In this document: piece after piece, positions 57,372-64,000 of the stretch | Layout: each line of letters opens with the position of its first letter | Numbering within the stretch: the first letter of the stretch is position 1 | Virus record (IMG/VR): IMGVR_UViG_3300042987_001178 | Reading direction: 5' to 3' (one strand) | Origin: an uncultured virus (IMG/VR IMGVR_UViG_3300042987_001178) | Lineage: Duplodnaviria > Heunggongvirae > Uroviricota > Caudoviricetes | DNA: 64,000 bases | Notes under the pieces: generated by a model | The model's database searches: none | What the model was told of the DNA's origin: nothing | Seen by the model: only the letters and a program-made list of their open reading frames with translations | Position numbers and translations under genes: made by a program

Positions 57372-59201
57372 CTAACTTGTTGTTAATGTTTTATAGTTTA
57401 AAGTCGTTGATGGGCCTGTGAATTCTTCTGTGGCTGATGAAATACCCGGAGCTAAATATCCACCAAATCCTAAACCAGCAGCTTGTGTTCCTGCACCAGC
57501 CATAGCGTATCTTGATGTTCCAAGTCCTGTTGGATTAGAAGTCCAACTTGATCCATTCCATAATTCTGTTGCATTTGTAACTGGTGATCCACCAAAAGCA
57601 AGTCCTGATGTTTGTGTTCCAGTACCTGCTCTATTACCTTTAGCAGTATTTAATGAACCAACAGTTGTCCAACTTGTTCCATTCCAAGATTCTGTAGCAT
57701 TTCCAGGACTTCCACCACCAAACGCTAAAGCAGCAGTTTGTAAACCTAATCCTCCTATAGAAGTTCTTGCTGTATTTAATGAATTAACTGAAGTCCATGT
57801 TGAACCATTAAAAGATTCTGTTGCTGCTGTAACAGGAGCAGACGGTCTTGCATCACCTCCAAAAGCTAAAGCTGATGAACTGGAAGCACCTGCTCCAGCT
57901 AATAAAAATCTTGCTGTATTTAATCCAGTTGGATTATTTGTCCATGCTGTTCCATTAAATAATTCTGTAGAACTTGAAACAGCTCCGGCACCATTATCTC
58001 CACCTGCAGATATTGCAGATGTTTGTGTTCCTGCTCCCATTCCATATCTATGAGTAGCATTATTCATATTTGCAGGAGATGATGTCCAACTTGTACCATT
58101 ATATAATTCTGTTGCTAAACTAGCTCCAGGACCTCCAGTTATTGAACCAGCAAATGCAATTGCTGAAGTTTGAGTTCCTCCTCCACCTAAACCATATCTT
58201 GCCGTATTTAACGCTCCACCACTGCTCCAGGATCCAGCAACGGGGACAACGACTGAACGATCCCATTCTTCTGTTGCTGATGAAGCTGCTGTTGTATAAC
58301 CACCAAATGCTAAACCTGCTGTTTGTGTACCAGATCCACCTAATGAAGTTCTTGCTGTAGTTAAAGAAATTGGAGAAGATGTCCAAGAAGTTCCATTATA
58401 AGTCTCTGTTGCTGCAGAAACTGCTGTTATATATCCACCGAATCCTAAAGCTGCAGTTTGTGTTCCACAACCTGCTAATAGTCTTCTAGCAGTATTCATA
58501 GAATTTACAGAAGTCCAAGCAGAACCATTATAAGTTTCTGTAGCTGCTGTATTGTTAGTATTAGGTAATGAAGCATTTCCACCAAAAGCTAAAGCAGATG
58601 TTTGAGTTCCTGCACCACCTAATTGTCTTCTAGAAGTGTTCATACTTGGAGTATTAGTCCATGCCGTTCCATTATAAGATTCAGAAACATTTGTTGCTGC
58701 TCCAGGAATAGAATTACTTCCTCCAAAACCTAAAGCTGCTGTTTGTAAACCAGCTGCAGCTAATTGATTTCTTGCTGTATTCATAGTAGCAGGTAAAGTT
58801 GTCCAAGCACTTCCATTCCAAGATTCTGTTGCAGCCGAATAAGTTGTTGTAACACCACCAAAAGCAAGACCAGCAGTATTTGTTCCAGCACCACCTAAAG
58901 TTCCTCTTCCAGTATTTAAAGTAGAAGTTGCTGTCCATGATGTACCATTATAAGATTCTGAATTAGTTCTAGCAGGATCTCCACCAAATGCTAAAGAAGC
59001 AGATTGAGTACCTATTCCTGTTAATTCTTGTCTAGCAGTATTTAAATTTCCACCAGAACTCCAAACACCATAAGAACCTAAAGCCGTCTTAAACGTGCCA
59101 CTCGTTGAGTTATACCAGATTTGTCCTTCGGCGTCCGTGGATGTTGGGTCGGAAGCGACGTTCTGTACGTATTTACCAAAGAGTTCTTTATATGTTGTCA
59201 T
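57372..59201 (-). CDS. Kelch-like repeat tail fibre/receptor-binding protein (double propeller)
   Basis: Same architecture as 55176..57017; ends KTLTTS. Confidence 0.7.
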   Translation of the reverse strand: MTTYKELFGKYVQNVASDPTSTDAEGQIWYNSTSGTFKTALGSYGVWSSGGNLNTARQELTGIGTQSASLAFGGDPARTNSESYNGTSWTATSTLNTGRGTLGGAGTNTAGLAFGGVTTTYSAATESWNGSAWTTLPATMNTARNQLAAAGLQTAALGFGGSNSIPGAATNVSESYNGTAWTNTPSMNTSRRQLGGAGTQTSALAFGGNASLPNTNNTAATETYNGSAWTSVNSMNTARRLLAGCGTQTAALGFGGYITAVSAATETYNGTSWTSSPISLTTARTSLGGSGTQTAGLAFGGYTTAASSATEEWDRSVVVPVAGSWSSGGALNTARYGLGGGGTQTSAIAFAGSITGGPGASLATELYNGTSWTSSPANMNNATHRYGMGAGTQTSAISAGGDNGAGAVSSSTELFNGTAWTNNPTGLNTARFLLAGAGASSSSALAFGGDARPSAPVTAATESFNGSTWTSVNSLNTARTSIGGLGLQTAALAFGGGSPGNATESWNGTSWTTVGSLNTAKGNRAGTGTQTSGLAFGGSPVTNATELWNGSSWTSNPTGLGTSRYAMAGAGTQAAGLGFGGYLAPGISSATEEFTGPSTTLNYKTLTTS

Positions 59202-60175
59202 TATGATACCGTTATTGTTCTAGTTGCTAATCCTGTAAAAGATTCTGTTGCATTTGTTGCACCTGTTGTATAACCGCCAGATCCAATTCCCGCAGTTTGT
59301 GTTCCACCACGAGCTAAAGATTGTCTTGCAGTTGTCATTGAAGTAACAGTTGTCCAAGAACTACCGTTCCAAGATTCTGTAGCACCAGAACTTGAAGGAC
59401 CTACTGCACCTCCAAAAGCTAATGCTGCTGTTTGAGTTCCTGATTGTCCACCTTGTAAACTAGCTCTTGCTGTGTTTAATGTTGCTGGTAAAGTTGTCCA
59501 ACTTGTTCCATTCCATGATTCTGTTATTCCTTGAGGTGTTGAATTACCACCAAACGCTAAAGCAGCAGTTTGAATGCCAGTTCCACCTAAAGCAGCTCTT
59601 GCTGTATTCATAGAATTTACTGAAGTCCACGAAGATCCATTCCAAGATAATGTAACAGCAGTTGAATTACCTCCTGAATCAACTCCTCCAAAATATATTC
59701 CTGCTGTTTGAGTTCCTGCAGTTCCTGCTGCTCTATTACCTGATGGTAGACTTGTAGAATTCGTCCAACTTGTTCCGTTCCAAGATTCAACTGGAGTTGC
59801 TTCAACTGTAGTATATCCACCTGCTCCTAATGCTGCAGTTTGAGTTCCGAATGGACCTATTTGTCGTCTTGCTGTATTCATAGAATTTACTGAAGTCCAT
59901 GATGAACCATTATAAGATTCTGTAGATGCAACTCTATTTGCTTGTGCCGGCCCTGTTTGTCCACCAAATACTAAATTAGCTGTTTGCGTACCTGCGCCAG
60001 CTAAAGAAAATCTAGAAGTATTTAAATTTCCACCAGCTGACCAAGTATTAACAGCTCTATAACCTTTTAAAGTTCCACTAGAACTATTATACCAAATCTG
60101 ACCTGTCTCTGGATTTGATGGATCTGAAGATACTACTTGTATCGCTGTACCTCTTATTCCTTTAAAGGTTGTCAT
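59201..60175 (-). CDS. Kelch-like repeat tail fibre/receptor-binding protein (single propeller)
   Basis: Same N-term anchor; about half the repeats. Confidence 0.7.
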   Translation of the reverse strand: MTTFKGIRGTAIQVVSSDPSNPETGQIWYNSSSGTLKGYRAVNTWSAGGNLNTSRFSLAGAGTQTANLVFGGQTGPAQANRVASTESYNGSSWTSVNSMNTARRQIGPFGTQTAALGAGGYTTVEATPVESWNGTSWTNSTSLPSGNRAAGTAGTQTAGIYFGGVDSGGNSTAVTLSWNGSSWTSVNSMNTARAALGGTGIQTAALAFGGNSTPQGITESWNGTSWTTLPATLNTARASLQGGQSGTQTAALAFGGAVGPSSSGATESWNGSSWTTVTSMTTARQSLARGGTQTAGIGSGGYTTGATNATESFTGLATRTITVS

Positions 60176-60187
60176 TTCAAACCTCCG

Positions 60188-61210
60188 TTAATTATTCTGT
60201 AACAGCCAACCTTGAGTATTGTCAACAAATACAAGTGTGAATCCTGCTCTTTCTGTTGCAACTGTTAAATCTGTTGCTGAACCTTGGATGGGCTTACCAT
60301 TTCTTGCTACTGTAAAATTATTAGTGTCAAATGTTCCAGCATAATCAATGAATGATACGAAATCTCCAATTGTAGGTGAAGATGGTAACGTTGCTGTGAT
60401 TGTAGTTGAAGTTGTATCTACAAAATATCCTTCTTTTGCAGTTACATTAAATGAAGAAGTTTTAACTGCTTGCCATGCTGCACCACCAGATACAGTTGCA
60501 AAAGATAAATTACCTGATCCATCAGTTTGAATAACTTGATTTGCTGCACCTGATGTTGTTGGTAAATTTAATGTGAAAGAAGATGATACAGTTGTTGAAG
60601 CTCTTAATCCAACATATTGACCACCTGATGTATCTTGGAATCTTACTTCAGATTGAGTTAATAAATTAATATTGCTTGAGAATGTTCCATTTAAAATTGT
60701 AACTGTTGTACCATCATATGTGAAATTTGTATTACCGGCAAAAGATCCAGCATTATTATATTGAACGTTAGTAGTTGCTCCACCTGGACTTGCTGCAGGT
60801 ACTGCTGAAATAACTGAAGTTGTGGCTGGATCCACAATTACATAATTTTTAGAACCCGTTGCAATAGATACTGTTGTAGAACCTCCTGATGAAATAGTAG
60901 CAGTTGCTCCTGAATTATTTATAATTACATAATCTTTTTCTATATTTGGAACGGATACTGTAACGGTTGTTGCAGATAATGCTCCTGATAAAATAATTGT
61001 TTTATTTCTTCCAGCTTCATCTGTAAAAGTTGTAGAAGTTGCATTTGATGTAAATGCTAATGTTGTATTGCCTGTTAGTGTTATTGTTACAACACCAGCG
61101 ATTGCATTATCTATTTCTTGTAAATTGACGTTTGTAAGGTCTCCCCATGTTCCAGAGTTTTCACCGGTCGCTTGTAGGTTTAAACCTAAATTACTAAATG
61201 TACTTGCCAT
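60188..61210 (-). CDS. Tail fibre protein
   Basis: GENSGTWG..TN.N N-term; LP...G...Q...TDGSGNLSF and TLPSSP..GD C-term fibre motifs. Confidence 0.7.
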   Translation of the reverse strand: MASTFSNLGLNLQATGENSGTWGDLTNVNLQEIDNAIAGVVTITLTGNTTLAFTSNATSTTFTDEAGRNKTIILSGALSATTVTVSVPNIEKDYVIINNSGATATISSGGSTTVSIATGSKNYVIVDPATTSVISAVPAASPGGATTNVQYNNAGSFAGNTNFTYDGTTVTILNGTFSSNINLLTQSEVRFQDTSGGQYVGLRASTTVSSSFTLNLPTTSGAANQVIQTDGSGNLSFATVSGGAAWQAVKTSSFNVTAKEGYFVDTTSTTITATLPSSPTIGDFVSFIDYAGTFDTNNFTVARNGKPIQGSATDLTVATERAGFTLVFVDNTQGWLLQNN

Positions 61211-61234
61211 ATTAAATTCTCCATATCACTTTTA

Positions 61235-62167
61235 TTAAGTTATATCAACCCAGTTTTGTCCTGTCGTTGGGTTTATAGCAGACCAGTTTTGACCTGTTGT
61301 TGGGTTTATTATTACCCAGCCGTATATAGTAGGATTTCCAGCGCTTAAAGTCAATTGATTTGATGTAGGTATAATAACTTGATCTGTTGAAATTATTATA
61401 TTTCCAACACCTACGGTTACTTGATTTCCTGTTACATAATATCTTGATTCTATATTAACAGTACCAACGCTTATATTAACAGTTGATCCAGTAGCTGTAA
61501 CTCCAGCTCCTAATGAGAATGTAGGAGTACCTAATTCAATAGTTACTTCATTACCATTTACATCTATAAAGTTTTTACCTATTACTTCAGCATTACCTAC
61601 AGATAAAACAACACTTGATCCTGTAGCTTGAACAACGGTTGGTAAAGCAATTGTAACTTGACCTGTTCCAATTTGAACAGAAGAACCCGTTGCTGTAATG
61701 ATATTATCTAAACTAAATGTAACAGCTCCAGTTTGTATATCTAATTCTTGACCAACAACTGCATCAGTTACATTACCGCCTGCAATAATATTTGGATTTT
61801 GTACTAATAGATCTAATAAATTTGTAGTTGTATCTACATTAGATTTACCAATAATTGTTGCATCACCAATTACTAAACTTAAACCATTTCCAGTTACTTG
61901 AACAATAGCTTGTCCAGTAAACTCTATGGTTCCTGTTTGTAATTGTAAATTATTTCCAACTAAAGTGACTTCAGTTTTTCCTGATACAGATATTGTTCCT
62001 AAATTTAATAGTAATGGATCAATTGGAACAGATTCATTCCAAGCGCCTTCTCCCCACGTAACTCGGCCCCAACCTTGTGAAATACCAACTTCTACAATGA
62101 CATCAGTAGTCTGTTGTCCCCACTCGCCTTGACTCCATGGATGTATTCCCCAAGTATTATTAGCCAT
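61235..62167 (-). CDS. Val/Thr/Gly-rich repetitive tail protein
   Basis: WG...W motifs at N-term, periodic vTG..l.l..G repeats, INPTTGQNW twice. Confidence 0.55.
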   Translation of the reverse strand: MANNTWGIHPWSQGEWGQQTTDVIVEVGISQGWGRVTWGEGAWNESVPIDPLLLNLGTISVSGKTEVTLVGNNLQLQTGTIEFTGQAIVQVTGNGLSLVIGDATIIGKSNVDTTTNLLDLLVQNPNIIAGGNVTDAVVGQELDIQTGAVTFSLDNIITATGSSVQIGTGQVTIALPTVVQATGSSVVLSVGNAEVIGKNFIDVNGNEVTIELGTPTFSLGAGVTATGSTVNISVGTVNIESRYYVTGNQVTVGVGNIIISTDQVIIPTSNQLTLSAGNPTIYGWVIINPTTGQNWSAINPTTGQNWVDIT

Positions 62168-62186
62168 AATTTTTTATGGCGAACTA

Positions 62187-62624
62187 CTACGATATTCTCA
62201 AGATTGCGCTTGTTGAATTCGCTGCTGGGAACTGAATAGTAAAGTCGCCGTTCGTTGAAGTTTTATCACCACCGAAATCTAATACCACAACTGCTTTGCT
62301 TCCATTTGTTGTGTTATAAATTAAAGCACATGATGCTGTAATAGTTGCTGTTGAAAAAGTTACATCAGCAAAATCTACGAATGCAACATTTTGTGCAACT
62401 GTTGGTGAAATATTTGTAAGAGTTGCTCCAGTAGCAGTATAACCTGTACCTGTCACTTCAACACTTGATCCGATTGTTGCAGCATACACAGTTGTTGTTG
62501 CAGCAGCAAAACCTGAAACAGTATTGTATAAAGCTAATTTAAATGTATCGCCTGTAGAAGCTGTAAAATCGTGAATCGCTTCAAATAATTCTTCTTTAAA
62601 ACTATCTGGTACTATATTTGCCAT
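62187..62624 (-). CDS. Putative virion/tail structural protein (allele B)
   Basis: Homolog of 29..454. Confidence 0.6.
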   Translation of the reverse strand: MANIVPDSFKEELFEAIHDFTASTGDTFKLALYNTVSGFAAATTTVYAATIGSSVEVTGTGYTATGATLTNISPTVAQNVAFVDFADVTFSTATITASCALIYNTTNGSKAVVVLDFGGDKTSTNGDFTIQFPAANSTSAILRIS

Positions 62625-62636
62625 ATTAACTCCTTA

Positions 62637-63320
62637 TTATTTACTTGGTGGCGGTGAATCTACTACAACTCTAGGTTCGCCGTCAACATATTCGTCTCTT
62701 CTTCTTCTACCTGTCTGTTCAACACCAAATGATTCTCTGGCTTGTTGATAAGATTGTTCATACACTTGTATCATATCTGCTGGACCTTTCAAGTATTTAT
62801 ATGTTTCAACTAAAGAACCATAAAGAAGTAAATCTTGAGCAAAAGTAGATATATAAGTCGTTGAAGTTGCTGAATTACCAGCAGTTATAGAAGTTCCTTG
62901 TGAATAATAAGCAATATTAATTGCATAAGTTGTATTAGGAGTTGGAGCTACAAACCATGTTGTTTCATTCCAGTTTGCCCAATATCTTGGTTTTTCATAA
63001 TAAGTAGAAGAGTTTGGAAAATTATTAAATTCTGCCATGTAAGAACTATCTTTTTGTTCTAAATTACTAATTTCACCATCTGGAGAAATCATTTCAACAT
63101 ATCTAATATTACGAAGTCCTGATGGTACAGAAATTGTAGTTGTTCCTGCAGTAGTTACCGCTGATGCATATAATCTGTAAGCGTCTATATTTAATTCTCT
63201 ATAAATTCTATTTTCAGTATTTTGAACAATTACGGAAACTGTATTGTCAGATAATCCATTACTATCTACTTCTGTATAGTTTCTAATTTGAGTTACAAGT
63301 TGTGAATATGTTAGTGCCAT
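62637..63320 (-). CDS. Putative head-tail adaptor/tail protein (allele B)
   Basis: Homolog of 470..1147; start MALTYSQL set by alignment. Confidence 0.55.
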   Translation of the reverse strand: MALTYSQLVTQIRNYTEVDSNGLSDNTVSVIVQNTENRIYRELNIDAYRLYASAVTTAGTTTISVPSGLRNIRYVEMISPDGEISNLEQKDSSYMAEFNNFPNSSTYYEKPRYWANWNETTWFVAPTPNTTYAINIAYYSQGTSITAGNSATSTTYISTFAQDLLLYGSLVETYKYLKGPADMIQVYEQSYQQARESFGVEQTGRRRRDEYVDGEPRVVVDSPPPSK

Positions 63321-63321
63321 A

Positions 63322-64000
63322 TTATATTGTCTCCGCTGTCGCCGATCCGCCGCCAATCTTTGTCGTTAATAGACCCGTTCCTGACGATGCGTTAAAACGA
63401 TAATTATCTAAATTAACAACTGTTATACTATATCCAGTTGAAGTTGTTAAGACTGATTGTTGAAATCCTGAAGATGTTAAAAATGAATTAACTACTGTTA
63501 AACTTTGAAATTGAACAGTATTTCCTGTTACTTTACCATGATTAGGTTGATTAACTTGTATTGTAGAACTACCTGCTGTGACTTCAAAAGCATTATTAGG
63601 TAATGCAACTGCTGAAGGTCCTACAGATGGTTGTCCACCAAAGTTCCCACTCGCGCTCGCGGTGGTTTGAGCATTGATGGTGTATTGATTAGTATTAACT
63701 ACTGTTAATGAAAATCCAAGTGTTGTATTTAACATATCATTGGTAAATCCATTAGATGCATTTACATTTGTAAATATAATTTTATTTCCAGTTGTTTTTT
63801 CATGACCTGGTTCATTAACTAAAATAGTAGAACTTCCTGCCGTTGATAATAATGGATTAAAAGATAATAACACAACTGACAATGGCTCTACACGATCTGG
63901 TCGTGCATTTAATAATCCTTGCGGATCATTTCCTGGAACTTTTGGTTCTAATTGTGGTTGTTTAGGTTCGTATTCGCTGAAATGAACAAATGATCCATTC
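63322..64000 (-). CDS. Virion structural protein (allele B), 5' end beyond the window
   Basis: Homolog of 1150..1920; reading frame continues to the window edge. Confidence 0.55.
   Translation of the reverse strand, partial: NGSFVHFSEYEPKQPQLEPKVPGNDPQGLLNARPDRVEPLSVVLLSFNPLLSTAGSSTILVNEPGHEKTTGNKIIFTNVNASNGFTNDMLNTTLGFSLTVVNTNQYTINAQTTASASGNFGGQPSVGPSAVALPNNAFEVTAGSSTIQVNQPNHGKVTGNTVQFQSLTVVNSFLTSSGFQQSVLTTSTGYSITVVNLDNYRFNASSGTGLLTTKIGGGSATAETI

Larger units (their letters stand above)
1..62158. mobile_element. Near-complete tailed dsDNA phage genome, circularly permuted, podovirus-like, probably infecting an AT-rich alphaproteobacterium
   Basis: TerL, TerS, portal, MCP, PolA, helicases, primase and lysins are all present. 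Position 1 recurs at 62159, so gene order closes into a circle. No tape measure or sheath gene recognised. Confidence 0.93.
62159..64000. repeat. Diverged second copy of 1..about 1831
   Basis: Exact identity for 127 bp, then a mosaic of substitutions, indels and short identical blocks across three genes. Confidence 0.95.

Noticed and set aside
55176..60175. Diversity-generating retroelement acting on the fibre genes
   Set aside because: No reverse transcriptase, and no template/variable repeat pair differing only at adenines was seen
55201..62132. Antisense and alternative-frame ORFs inside fibre genes (e.g. 57418..58053, 55309..55557, 58120..58386, 61926..62132)
   Set aside because: Shadow ORFs expected from repetitive Gly/Ala/Thr/Ser codon use
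62159..64000. True direct terminal repeat
   Set aside because: Only the first 127 bp are identical; terminal repeats are regenerated each cycle and should be identical
1..64000. Prophage/lysogeny module or host DNA
   Set aside because: No integrase, att-like tRNA or bacterial housekeeping genes were recognised

Overview
The window is essentially one complete, AT-rich tailed dsDNA phage genome with a unit length of about 62,158 bp. It is followed by about 1.8 kb of a diverged second copy of its first three genes: 1-127 is identical to 62159-62285, then the copies diverge. Most genes are on the minus strand. Head and packaging: TerL, portal, a cluster of tiny basic proteins, holin, GroES-like co-chaperonin, scaffold-like protein, major capsid protein. 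A repeat-punctuated early region lies between terL and a separate plus-strand terS, followed by an origin/pac-like intergenic element. Replication: PolA, UvrD-like and SNF2-like helicases, AEP primase, PD-(D/E)XK nuclease. The genome also encodes two cell-wall hydrolases, Hsp20, a SpeD-like decarboxylase, large ejection-type proteins and three paralogous Kelch-like fibre proteins. A modification island holds 2 glycosyltransferases, a methyltransferase, 4 2OG-Fe(II) oxygenases, a HIGH nucleotidyltransferase, an APS-kinase-like protein and a sulfotransferase. I saw no integrase, RNA polymerase, tRNA, CRISPR or reverse transcriptase. Gene content, low GC and an alphaproteobacterial-type RpoH promoter suggest a podovirus-like phage of SAR11/LD12-like hosts, reminiscent of HTVC023P-type pelagiphages (inference, no search run). 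Most notable candidates: a shared xxxGG tag on ten mini-proteins and two ejection proteins, a cassette-like repeat array in the early region, a possible PAPS/sulfation pathway, a TGTAGGAT-box regulon, and several structured RNA elements.
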